DNA from: Schmidtea polychroa
Taxonomy: Eukaryota
NCBI GenBank assembly: GCA_044892525.1
Contig: CM097885.1
Location: 186,434,001 to 186,498,000, forward strand
Direction of reading: 5' to 3'
DNA: 64,000 bases
In this document: positions 14,151 through 25,824 of the stretch, piece after piece
How positions within the stretch are numbered: position 1 is the stretch's first letter
How the letters are laid out: every line of letters starts with the position of its first letter
Translations under genes and position numbers: made by a program
The notes under the pieces: generated by a model
Database searches by the model: none
Told to the model about the DNA's origin: nothing
Seen by the model: the letters and a program-made list of their open reading frames with translations, nothing else

Positions 14151-14936
14151 GGTAATAATCGATCAAAGCCGACAACGTTTGCAGTGAATTCAGATCACAA
14201 ATTAACGTATTTGCAGCAGCTTGAATTAGAAATTCAAGAAGAGAGAAACAGGTTAGCAAGGCTAACAACAAATGAAACTGATGGGTATGATGAAAATGAA
14301 GCTGTTTATATGACGTCAGCCAGAATAAGGCGAAATAAAAATAATTATGTAGAACTTGAAGTGTTGATGCTTCAAGAAAGTCCACAGGAGGACACAGAGG
14401 AAAAGACTATGGTCATAGAACCAGAGGTCTGTGAGGGTTTACAGGTTTCACCCAGGAAAAATCTAGTGGCTATGGCCATGGAGCCAGAAGCCAACAGAGA
14501 AATAGAAGGTTTACCTGTTTCACCAGTTAAAAATCGTAAGGCTATGGACATGGATCCAGTAGCTAATGTAATTGTTCCAACAGAAGTTTTGGAAAAAAGA
14601 TGGGCTTCGGTCACTGAGCCGGAAGTTCTTATAGCCACATCATCCATGCGAGGTGAGTGTGGTAGCGAACCAATAAAGGTTAGAGAAGCATCGAAAGAGT
14701 AAAGAAATCCCATCGATGACTGTAGAAAAATATTATTACGCAAGAGCGTATGGCAAAGAGAAATGAGACAGAAATTAGAAAATATTCGTTTAAACCCCGT
14801 TAATGAGAATGAGGTTGACAAAATAATGGATATCATATCAGAGTTAGACAGAAATGAGGAATATTATCCAGAATTGAGAGAAATTCTGAGAAATATTGGC
14901 CTAAATTGGAAACAAAGAGAGAATCTGGAGGATTCT

Positions 14937-15146
14937 AAAATTTTTGTATCTTTCCCAAAGGGTTGTTTTCGTAGATATACAATTAACCCAAGTGAAAAGG
15001 TAGAAGCATTGGCAAAGAGAGTTTCTGTGGTAAAACCTCAATTGAGATGCAAACTATATTTATTGGGAGAAAGATTATTAGAGGGAGAAACCCTGTTAGA
15101 TTGTGGTATACTACCAGGGAAACATATGGTTATAAAAGCAAGGTTT
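14937..15146 (+). pseudogene. Ubiquitin-like domain 1 within the Gag frame
   Basis: KIFVSFPKGCFRRYTINPSEKVEALAKRV...LYLLGERLLEGETLLDCGI aligns almost without gaps to ubiquitin [29 protein letters not shown]...LIFAGKQLEDGRTLSDYNI. Confidence 0.75.
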
Positions 15147-15467
15147 CACAAGGAAACTGTTACAGTAGTGGACTTGGATAATGTTCTTACAATAAGCGAG
15201 ATAGAAATTGATCAATTAAATCAAATATCAGCCGTACCACATAGATTGGGAATCGAGCTGATGAAAAACCAAAGAGATGGGGAAGCCATTAAGATGATAA
15301 TGGATTGAATACTGGAGTTGCGAATCCCAGTAGATACTCTTAGAGAGATAATGCCATTGGTGGTGCCTTTAGTAAAAGAGACATCACAATTTCAGACACA
15401 AGCAAAGATGCTGTTGATTAAAAATGGACATGCTATCAGACATTTGGAAGGTAGACAAGGTCTAGTG

Positions 15468-15674
15468 ATGTTAGATATCAGGATACCCAGGAGAGGACAC
15501 CTGATACAACAATTCTCATGTTACCATAGGGTAAAGAAACTGAGAAAAAGAATATCAGAAATAGTAAAAGAATCATTCCTAATAATGATACATGGTTGTC
15601 AGGTGGATGACGACGAATTCCTAGTAGATGTTGGATGTTTTCCCAATGAGGAAACAGTTGTATTAATATTACTG
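15468..15674 (+). pseudogene. Ubiquitin-like domain 2 (more divergent)
   Basis: MLDIRIPRRGHLIQQF..RVKKLRKRI..LIMIHGCQVDDDEFLVDVG..TVVLILL shows the beta-grasp pattern TV..LK..I / L...G..L.D...L.D.G. Confidence 0.5.
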
Positions 15675-16595
15675 GTAGAGTTTCCAGAGGATAAATGGGC
15701 AACCTTGAGATTGCCAGATAATGCTGAAATGGAGGATGAAACTGTACATCCCGAGCAAAAATAAGTAGATGGGGATATTCATCAAGAACCCGTAACTACA
15801 GTAGATTTAGATGAAGAGATAGATAAATATCTCAAGGAACTTGATAACACTGAAGACGAGTTGGTCGAACTATTTCCTACAGAGGAAGATAATGAAGTAC
15901 AATTAAATCGAGATGAAACAAACATCGGAGCTAGTACATCGCGACAAGTCGAGCCACCAAAAATAAGGGTGAGCCCGAAATTAGTCGAGAATAAAAAGAA
16001 AAAGGAGAGAAGGGGTAGACCGAGGAAAAGTCAAATGAACCCGCCTCCAAGAGAACTTCTAAAACCAGTTACAATAGAAAATGTAACAAAGTAGGCTCTA
16101 GCAGGGATAGCTAGCCAAATCGATAAAAGCGTTGAAGACGCTAGTGATAAAACAGAAACATGGAAAAGACTGAATCAAATCTTACGACTGATTAAGCCCG
16201 ATTGGCAAATCAAAAAAGATAAAAGTGTTAATGTTGACAAAATTGCAGAAAAAGTCAAGAAAGCTATGGAAAAGATTCCAGGAAGCACCACAGAACAGGA
16301 GATGTTCGAAGTAGCAGGACAATTCATAGATGAAGGCCTGACGAAAGGGAAAATGATAACGATTCTAGCCTTAATGTTTAAAAATGCATTGAGCATAACT
16401 AGAGATGATTCGTCGAAAATCCCAGCAGCCATAGATAGGCTGGCTGATATCATCGAAGTGAATTTCGGAACATGAATGACTGAGCACAAGTTTTGGGAAA
16501 AAAAAGAAACGAAAGGAAATTATGAATTGAATGAAGAGTTGTTGACAGAAAATAGTTCAAGTAGTCCACGGGGAACAGGTGGATTTACTAGTTGG

Positions 16596-18430
16596 ATGAT
16601 GATGTTGTTGGTAATGATGTGAGTATTGCGACAGACAAATTCCTTAACGGCATATGATTGTAGCGAACCAATACTATCGCGAATCTACTCATTAGTAGAC
16701 ACAGTGGAATGCAAGGAAGCATATCCAGATAAAGTTGCAAAAAGGGAAGACGTGGAATATCATGTTTATCAGCAAACAGAGTTTTACAGAACCAGAGTGA
16801 GGGAATGTCGAATCCAGAGAGCGACGTTTGAATATTACTGTGGATCGAATAGTTATTCAGCATTTTTAGGAGCTAAACTCATTCCCATACCATTAATCAT
16901 CCCACCAGAGGATTGTGTAAATGCTTTTCGGTCAAAAACAGTTAAAATAGATCATGAGGTAACAATTACCGCAGAAGAAGGGAAAAGGTTGGGTATAACT
17001 ATTACCCCGGGAGGACCGATAGCAGATAATGGATCTTGTCATGGTAGAAAGAAAGTAAGAGGTTCTAATGTAGTAAGTTATGTGGTAACAGTTGAGGATT
17101 ACACAGTAGAGCTGATCGAGTACGAAGGAACTTTCGAAGTATCCACGGGAAAAATGATGTCTCATCCAAAATGCAACGTGAAATATGGTTATTGTAAAAC
17201 CAGTTTGCAGTATTAACGTACCAATCAATGAGAGATTTTTGTGATTTAGGATACCTGAAAAAGGTAGTATTTTCAAGGTTAGATGGGAAAAGCTTTACGT
17301 CTCAAGATTCACAACAAAGTGGTTTGGCAGACAAGATAGCTCACAAAACGAAAAAGGAAGTGGGACCAGAGAAAAGCACAGCAGTAGTATTAGTCTCAAA
17401 GGATCCAACAGATGCGATTCGTTTAGTCAGAAAGAAACAGACAACAAAATGTGGCGTACCAATATTTGAAACCAACTACAAGGGAATATACTTAGCATAC
17501 AAATATGTTCCGGCAGCAGAATCATTACATCTATCAGATATTAAAGTAGCCAAGTATATCAATAATAAGATTGATTTCTTGTATCATGATCTGCAGAAAC
17601 AATTATTAGATGTGTATCAGGAAGTGATCCTGAACGACTGTCGTTTAAATCGGGAAATAATACGAAATAGATTAGCAATATCTATAGCTAATCCTGATTT
17701 AATAATGCCAATGTTGACAGAGGAAGGAACATTTGGTAGAATTTTGGGTGAAGCAATTTATAGCTATCAATGTAAAGCAATAGAGGTAGAAATCACCAAA
17801 TATGATCGATGTACATTGGAGCTACCTGTGAAATATAAAGGAAAATTGAGATTCCTGATGCCAGTATCACACCAGTTATTAAAGGAGGATACCTCACCAT
17901 TAACAGCAATTTGCAATCCAGCAATGTCACCATTATACAAAATCAACAATATTTGGATTTCGTTGCCAGACAGAAAGCCGCCTTCAAAACCAGTTGAAGT
18001 GCTTCAAGCGACAAAGTTAGAAACTAAAATGGAGTTTCAACCATTAAACGAGATGTCAAAAAGCGGAGTATATACTCCAGAAGATATTGAAGAAGCTCGG
18101 AGAGCAATTGTATTTCCCCAAATCAGAGATCGGGGAGTGACAGAGATAATAACAAGAATTTATCAATCATATGATGGAAAACCGGACTATAATTTATTAT
18201 TTGGACCAGAACATTACAAACAAGCTGCATCAAATGTAATACGGAAAATCTGGGGTAGATTTACAAGCTTTGGCATTTTTGTAGCAGGATGTTCAGGTAT
18301 ATATGCAATAGTGATGATATTGAAAATAATCATATCGCAATTGTTTTCCACCTATAGCATCTTCAAGATCCGGGGATGGTCTTGGAAGTTGCTACTAGGA
18401 ATGTGTCCAGTTTGTGCAGATTTTGCAGTA
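16596..18430 (+). pseudogene. Env-like glycoprotein of chuvirus G type
   Basis: Hydrophobic leader WMMMLLVMM*VL, then LTAYDC..YSLVDTVEC, C.I....YYCG, NKIDFLY, DCRLNRE, GEAIYSYQCKAIEV, RCTLELPVKYKG..FLMP, C.....PLY..NIW. C-terminal hydrophobic helices FGIFVAGCSGIYAIVMILKIII follow. There is a frameshift near 17220. Confidence 0.7.
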
Positions 18431-19019
18431 TTTCATCATCATAATAAAGAGATTAAGAGAATGAAGAGACAAACTATAAAGAAGCATGAGTTAATAATGT
18501 ATGAATCTAGTCATCGAGACGATGACAATTCTGACGAGGGAGGTAACCTAGAGGGCTATGAGACCTCAGACAACACCTCAATGAAGCCAGACAACAAAAA
18601 ACCGAAATTTCAAAATTTTGAAAATAGTACTTTACAACAGTACCCTGTTAAAGCAAAAAGGAGGAAACGGCAGGAGTGGCCTGTGAATTATTTGTCACCA
18701 TACGTGGGTAGAAAAAAGATAATACCAGAACGAGTCGAAGAGGAAATGCTAAAGAGGTTCGAGTTTAGAACAAATACAGATATACTACCATCTACCTCAT
18801 ACCCAACGTATAAAATGAAGTTCGAGACAATGCCACCCTTGGGTACATCAGTATTGGAGATGGTACCGAAATATCCATTAAGCACGTTGGAACGGCTAAA
18901 GGAAGAGTATAAAGATGAAATAAAATCAGAAAATGACAAAGATAGTAATGATCAACAAAAGTTCAGAGATAATATTAGAGGAATCTCAACAATATTAATG
19001 GTCAATATGGGTAAAAAGA

Positions 19020-19572
19020 CTCATAAACCTACGATTAAACTAAAAGTTAACAGGCATACGGTACATGCCATTATTGTTTCAGGATCAGATTTGACATTGA
19101 TCGAAGCAAATTTATTAAATGAAAAAGAATTACAACAATAGTGCCGACATTAACTGTGGCATCGGGAGCAAATGGACAACCTATCAATGTTATCGGAACA
19201 TTAGATTGTGAATTAAGGTTGTGTGATCAAAAATTCAGACACGATATCAAGGTCACTAGACAATGTATGGCAGAATGTATCGTGGGGATGGATATATTGA
19301 AAAAGCTAAAAGATATTGTATTCGATTGGGCAACAGGCGAATTAGTGAAAATGACGGGTAGAAAACGGAAAACCTACAGTGTGGATGTAGTGTTTTTGGA
19401 TAGAATGGTGACAATACCACCGAGGACCGAAACAGTTTGTTTTGTAGCAACACATCAAGAGGTGGAAGGAGATGTTATTTTCGAACCGAGTGAGCAGTTC
19501 GTAAATAGGTATAAAACACCTATGGTGCAAAACTTGGCAACAGTACGGGGAGGAAGAATCCCGATTAGATAA
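19020..19572 (+). pseudogene. Aspartic protease (active site mutated) and post-protease beta domain
   Basis: KPTIKLKVNRHTVHAIIVSGSDLTLI (D[S/T]G has become VSG), a frameshift at 19141, then GANGQPINVIG and CIVGMDIL. Confidence 0.8.
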
Positions 19573-19593
19573 ACAAATCTAGCGAGTAAATCA

Positions 19594-20988
19594 TTGAGAT
19601 TATACCCAGAGACTAGAGTGGGTAAAGTAATACAACTATCTAACATGCAGAAAGAGTCTGAATCGATATTATCAGTAGAAGAGGATGAACGAGATCCTGA
19701 TATCGAATATTACGACGCACCGAGCTGCGATAGTAAAGCCTTATCTAGAAAAGAGAATATCAGAGTTAATCAATTGTTACGGAAATATGACCAAGTTTTC
19801 GCAAAACACGAATATGACTTAGGGCAAGTTAATATTCTAGAGCATGAAATTAAACTAACAGAAAATAAACCGATAAAAATACGCCCATACAGAATACCTC
19901 AAAGTAAACAAGGGTCCGTAGATAAACAAATCAAATTAATGCAAAAATATAATATAATCAGACCCAGTAAATCTCCTTATTCCTCACCTTTGGTGGTTGT
20001 AGCTAAAAGAGACGGCTCAGTCAGATTATGCAATGACTATAGGAAATTAAATGAACAAACAGTTAGTGATAATCACCCGCTACCTTTGCTAGATTACATT
20101 TATGATAAAATGAAAAATTCAAAGTTGTTTACTGTGATGGATGCACAGAAAGGTTTTTATCAAATAAAGATGAGCGAAGACTCAATTCCTATGACAGGAA
20201 TTTCTACAAGTAGTGATCATTTTGAATACTTAGTAATGCCGTTTGGATTAAAAGGAGCCCCTCCAACTTTTCAGAGGGCAATGAATATCATGTTGATGGA
20301 TGCACATCACGCAATGGTATATATAGACGATATTATCATCTTCTCGGAAGATTTAGATAAGCATTTGGAACACCTTGAGGACATTTTCAAACGATTGATT
20401 ATGGCAAATCTGAAAGTAAAGCCAAGCAAATGTAAATGGGCAGAATCGGAAGTGATTTACGTGGGTCATGTAATATCACACGATTGCGTAAGACCAGATC
20501 CGGCTAACACGGATAAAGTAAAGAATTTCCCACAACCAGTGAATGTGAAACAAATCAAAGGATTTCTAGGGTTGACGGGATATTACCGGAAATTTATACG
20601 AAATTTTTCAGCAATTGCTTTTCCATTAACTACCTTAGAAAAGAAAGGTATAAAATTTTTATGGGAAGAAGATAAGCAACAGGCATTTGATAAGTTAAAG
20701 GATGCACTATGCAAACCACCAATTCTACGATTTCCAGACTTTAAAAGACAATTCATGGTGATGACCGATGCATGCACAAGAGGTATAGGTGCAGTTTTGG
20801 GACAGAAAGACGAAATTGGTGATGAGTACGCAGTAGCATATGCAAGTCTTGGATTGAAGCCACACGAGAAAAGTTATGCAGTAATAGAATTGGAAGCATT
20901 AGCGTTAGTGTTTGCAGTGGAAAAATTTAGTCATTACCTATGGGGCAGAAAGGTAATTTTCTATACGGATTATAGACCATTGCAATGA
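19594..20988 (+). pseudogene. pol: Reverse transcriptase and RNase H
   Basis: RPYRIP, SPYSSPLVVV, RLCNDYRKLN, MPFGLKGAPPTFQR, YIDD, FLGLTGYYRKFI, TDACTRGIGAVL, ELEALALV, YTDYRPL. The TGA at 20986 replaces the W of PLQW. Confidence 0.95.
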
Positions 20989-21033
20989 CTGTTAAAACAT
21001 AGAGACGAAGCATCAAAATTAGTAAGATGGGCA

Positions 21034-22359
21034 TTGAGATTACAGCCATATAATATCGAAATTGTATATCGTAAAGGTAAAGCTAATGGTAATGCAGACA
21101 CATTATCACGAATGGAACTAGAGCCCGAGTTAGAAGATATAAAAGAAGGAAGATTAGAAGGAACTATCTTCATGCTAACAAGAGAGGCTAACACTTTGAG
21201 CGATTTAGTAGAAGCACAGAAAAATGATGACGAAATCAATATGATCAGACAAGCTATAGAAGCAAAGGCCATACCAAATGAATTCCAGAAATATTGGGAG
21301 AAACATAAAGATAAATTCATATTGGAAGAAGGTCTAATCAAATACGTGGAATCAAGGGATAATGTAATATTAGTGCCAAAGAAATATAGAGAATCACTAT
21401 TATTACAATACCACGATGGAGCACTGGGAGGACATCTCTCAGCTAGACATACACTGTCAAGATTGAAAATGAAATACTTTTGGCCAGATATGAAAGATGA
21501 TGTTAAAAAGTGGTGTCAATCGTGTAAGATATGTATAACCAGAAGGAACACAGGCAGGAAACCACATGTTCCATTGAAACCAATGCCAGTACCGTCCTCG
21601 CCAATGGAGATGACTGCTATGGACGTACTAGAGCCGTTTAAAGAATCAAAGATGGGAAATAAATTTATCATTGTATTTTGCGACTATTTAACGAAGTGGC
21701 CCAAAGCATTCCCAATTCCGAATCATAAGGCAGACACAATTGCCAGAATCTTTGTAGAACAAATTGTATTTAGATATGGTGTTCCGACAAAATTGCTTAC
21801 CGACAGAGGAAAGGATTTCATGCGTAATTTGTTAAAAAGTATAAATGATTACTTTGGTATTTTAAAGTTAAATACCTCACCATACCACCCACAGACGGAT
21901 GGATTGGTAGAAAGGTTCAATGGAACCTTGGCAAACATGTTATCATCATACGTAAACTCAGGTCAGACGGACTGGGATGTACACATGCCATCTTGTTTGT
22001 TTGCGTATAGAAATGCTGTTCATTCAGTAACAGGAGAAACACCTTTCTATTTGATGTATTTAAGGCATAGCAAGATGCCAGTGGATCTTATATTTTATCC
22101 GAAAGCGTCACAGAATTGTGATGAGGGAAATTACTTATTCGAGATGAGAGAGAGAATGCAAGAAGCCTGGGAGAAAGCAGGTTTGAACATTCGTTATAAC
22201 CAAGAAACAATGAAGGAATATCATGATCGTAAAGCGAAGGACCATGGGTTTTTGGTAGGAGATTATGTCATGTTAGAGGGACATTACAACAAAAAAGGTT
22301 TATCTCCAAAATTAATGAGAAATTACAAAGGGCCGTATCAAATTTTGAAAGTCACATAA
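21034..22359 (+). pseudogene. pol: Integrase (HHCC, DDE, GPY motifs)
   Basis: HDGALGGH..CQSCKIC, AMDVLEP, LLTDRGKDF, PYHPQTDGLVERFNGTL, KGPYQI. In frame with RT upstream and with the 22372 ORF downstream. Confidence 0.95.
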
Positions 22360-22371
22360 ACCAATTTAGTC

Positions 22372-23499
22372 TTGCAGTTAGTGGCAAACAGAAAAGCAGA
22401 ACCGATAATGGTTCATGCAAACAGATGTAAAAAGATAGCCGCACCAGAAAAGGAGAAACCAAAATCCGATATTGATGAATTCGAAATAGACAAGAAATCG
22501 AAAAAGAAAACGTTAGAATCATATAAAAGTATCCTAAAGGGACAACCGGAACGATACCCTTTACGATCTCGGCAAATCCCAAAAACAGTTACATTTTTAG
22601 CAGTGATTAGTTGTGTTATGATGATTGGACAGGCATTCGAGGTATTCACACCTAAAGCCAGTCAACATCCAGATATCGAATATCAACGAACAGATGGAGC
22701 ATTCAGATTTCATTTAACGAATATGCAATGGCATAGATATGATCTATATTTGGTAGCTGCTGAAAGAGGGATATCATTTCACTTGAATACATGGGATCGA
22801 GTAAAAGTAATAGAGGGACTGATGCCGAATACAAGTTATCTATTAGAAATCAAGACATTCTTTGCAGACCCAAACGTTTTCGCAGACGGAGGAGATTGTG
22901 TAGATAAAGCATCATGGATTTTGAAGACTGAAAAATTTACCAAAAAAGTAGAGATTTCATATCTCGGGCAGATAGTAAGATTTACTCATCCACTGTGGAA
23001 CAGAAATGACACATCTTCCACTCACGATTGGAGGACGAATAATAAAATTGCGCTAATCGTCATATTAGAAAACGACCAGCGAGTCGAGAGATTAGTGCTC
23101 AACCATGCATATCTAAGTAGAAGATGGAAAATCAAACCAGATACCGTGACAAAGGCGAATATTTCGTATTTGGAATTTACGGAGAGAACCGGTTGGTATA
23201 CAATATATCAAGAAATAGTAAATCTAATACCTCCCACAAAGGGAGAACTAACTAGCAAAGAAGGAAAGGCTAGATTAGTGAGTATTCCTGGTTGTAAAGG
23301 AATAAATGCTTTGGATTGGTTTAGTATTAGAAAGGTAGCGAGTGTAAAACAGCCCCGCATAACTAAATTAATTAATAATTGTAGTTGTCAAAATACGTTA
23401 AAGGGGACAACGAGAGATAAAACGTCAACTTGGCTATTGTTAATTATGTTAGGGGGAGTAATTTGCATGATTTTAATTTTGATATTAACCACCCTATGA
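22372..23499 (+). pseudogene. Integrase tail followed by signal peptide, FN3-like ectodomain and C-terminal TM segment
   Basis: RYPLRS (a typical integrase tail) is followed by hydrophobic VTFLAVISCVMMIGQA, FN3-like IEGLMPNTSYLLEIKT and terminal TWLLLIMLGGVICMILILILTTL. Same frame as the integrase, separated by one TAA. Confidence 0.55.
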
Positions 23500-23762
23500 A
23501 TGTTTAGATTAAACATGCGGGATATTCGTTATTGGGAAAATATTTACGAAACCGAGGTATAGGGGGAAAGTCTCACCATATACTAGGAAGTGTAAATATA
23601 TATAGTTATTTATTTTATATGTTATTTATATTAGTATGTAGACTATTGTGGGCTCCAATGAGCATCTGTAAAATCAGACATCAGCGTATGTCGACTTTGG
23701 TTACCCTGCGAGGGTCTATCACGAAAGGGATAAAAGCTGTTAATTATTTTATTTTTAGAAAA

Positions 23763-24944
23763 ATGAATTATAACAGAGAACCAAAGCCACCAGTCAAAGC
23801 AAATCGACGACACCCATTGGCAACGTACAATTCCCAAACTCGAGTTGAAACTGAAGTGTATAGCACCTATAAAGAAGAGTATGTATATCGGTTCATCGGA
23901 ACCACGGTCGCAGCAAAAATGAATCACCTCACCTCAAACTATTGGTATTATCCCAGGAGAGTGGATATTCCAAACGATTTCAAATTCCCAGGAGGGCCTC
24001 GAAGACAAATGATGATAACGGTTATAAATAACCAAGGTAGATTAAAATTGGCGGAACTATGTAGGGAGTATGGTTCATGTCCGAAATTGGAAAACATTTG
24101 GATCCATGCGATCAATAGACCATTCACTGTGCTTATGGCGGGATTAGAGTTACCTGTTGAATTAGAAAAACAGTGTACTCTGGAGATATACCACGCTGAT
24201 GGACGAGAACGGAATATTATGATCCAGGCAGCGGCGGTGGACACCATAATCGCAGTAGAAATCTTGGATTTCAGGAAGCCATACTCTATAGTTAGCAAAA
24301 ACGAGCCAACTTGGATTTATAATGTAAATGAAGCTGATATACAGCAGTGTAAATCATTTGTGAGGAAGAAGTTAACCAAAGCCGAGGAGGACGAGGCTAC
24401 AATTTTCATATCGGTAGGTTTTGCCAAATCCCGAATCGAATTAAAGGAGACAATTATCCAAATCGCAATTATGGATATGAGAGGAAATAATTTATTGAGT
24501 GCGGTAGTGACCCCCAGAGACCCTGTAAAACACTACCAAACGCACCAATACAAGCTAAAGGAACCTGATATTAGAGGAAACCTCGACGAAGATGATTGTT
24601 ATCATCTGATAAGAAAGATCTGCGATAAGAAAATACTTGTAGGTATTTTGCTTAAAGATCTGATCTCGGTAGCCAATCTACCAGTGCAGCGAATATTGGG
24701 TGTTCGTGACCTTTCGGCAAAAAAACTATTGGAAACCAGAGGAGTCCCAAAGATTCATGGTCATTACAGATTGGGATTCCTGACAAAGACTTTCCTACGT
24801 ACGGTTCCCGGAGAGCCAAGGAATTTAGTGGTCACCAATGAGGCACTGGCGATACGTGCGGTTTATTTACATATCCGAAACGAATGGTTAGACCACGATA
24901 CCTCAGGAGGAATTCATTTCCGCAACTACAGCAGCGATAGTTGA
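23763..24944 (+). CDS. Accessory ORF with a C-terminal degenerate DEDDh (REX4/ISG20-like) exonuclease domain
   Basis: Intact frame; the likely ATG is 23763. The C-terminal part IQIAIMDMRGNNLLSAVVTPRDPVKHYQT, KILVG, RDLS, RLGFLTKTFL, NEALAIRAVY..EW follows the REX4/ISG20 pattern but lacks the catalytic acidic residues. Confidence 0.6.
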   Translation: MNYNREPKPPVKANRRHPLATYNSQTRVETEVYSTYKEEYVYRFIGTTVAAKMNHLTSNYWYYPRRVDIPNDFKFPGGPRRQMMITVINNQGRLKLAELCREYGSCPKLENIWIHAINRPFTVLMAGLELPVELEKQCTLEIYHADGRERNIMIQAAAVDTIIAVEILDFRKPYSIVSKNEPTWIYNVNEADIQQCKSFVRKKLTKAEEDEATIFISVGFAKSRIELKETIIQIAIMDMRGNNLLSAVVTPRDPVKHYQTHQYKLKEPDIRGNLDEDDCYHLIRKICDKKILVGILLKDLISVANLPVQRILGVRDLSAKKLLETRGVPKIHGHYRLGFLTKTFLRTVPGEPRNLVVTNEALAIRAVYLHIRNEWLDHDTSGGIHFRNYSSDS

Positions 24945-24951
24945 ACAGGAA

Positions 24952-25824
24952 ATGACACAGAAGAGGAGATTACCTGAGCAACCATCTACATCAGAGCAAC
25001 CCCAGCCCAAGAGGAAATCACCTGTGGATCTACCACCGCCTCCAGCTACATCTATTGGAGAAGATGAATATGAAACATGTGCTAGTGAAATGGAGACAGC
25101 AAAATCACCTAAACAATCATCGAGAGCTGCCTATCAGCCAAAGGATAAATCGGATAATGCGGTCAGGAAAGAAATTTCAGAAGGAGGCAAGGTGAAAAAG
25201 ATTTTAAAGAAAATGTTACCCATATAAAGAGACAAGTCGAAGCTAAAGTTGAAGAAAGTTGTTAAACCGTCGGAAGGAACGACAAAAGAGACACCCAGCA
25301 GTATGGAAGATAAGAAGAAACCTCAAAAGATATTCAGCGAACCAGACGATGACATTATGGAAGTTGCGTTTCAACCTTCGGTTAAGGAGATGCAGGAAGC
25401 AATAAAGGTTAAATCTGAACCTGTGGTAAAGCAGAAAATGTTGAAGATTGCCAAGGAGAATATCATCAAGAAACCAGTTTCGGTTGATGTGGACGGTTTC
25501 GAACCAATGTGGTACAAACGTCCGGATAGTAAATGGAAACCCAGAGCTAAGGAGTATGACTGCCAACCAGTCACGAGAATGGCAGTCAATAATAATCAAA
25601 AATATGATGTTTATGACGTAGACGGGATCCCTTACGTGGTGTCTACAGTCATATTAACGAGTGCTCTGGATGGTAAGCCTTTGGCAGTGAGCTTTGAGCC
25701 GGAAGTCTTGCAGAAGAGGAAAAAGAAGTTGCTGCAGCAGTACGTCGTTGCAAATAGCTACAGCACGAAGGAGTTGCACCTTTACAAAGTTCCAGACCCA
25801 GATCTCGATGATCTGGATATCTAA
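24952..25824 (+). pseudogene. Second accessory ORF (about 290 codons; basic, low-complexity N-terminus), unknown function
   Basis: ORFs 24952-25227 and 25249-25824 share a frame, separated by a single TAA. It lies just upstream of the PPT and 3' LTR. Confidence 0.55.

Noticed and set aside
19130-19150. Programmed gag-pol frameshift at the 19141 ORF overlap
   Set aside because: The shift falls inside the protease domain, after the active-site motif, and there is no clear slippery heptamer. A 1-nt deletion is more likely.
13085-25824. Alternative genetic code or systematic readthrough explaining the many single in-frame stops
   Set aside because: All three stop codons occur, and they replace different expected residues (W in PLQW, an aromatic or L residue in LPLxL, a hydrophobic residue in IPIRxTN). 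Long array and accessory ORFs use standard stops. Random nonsense mutation fits better.
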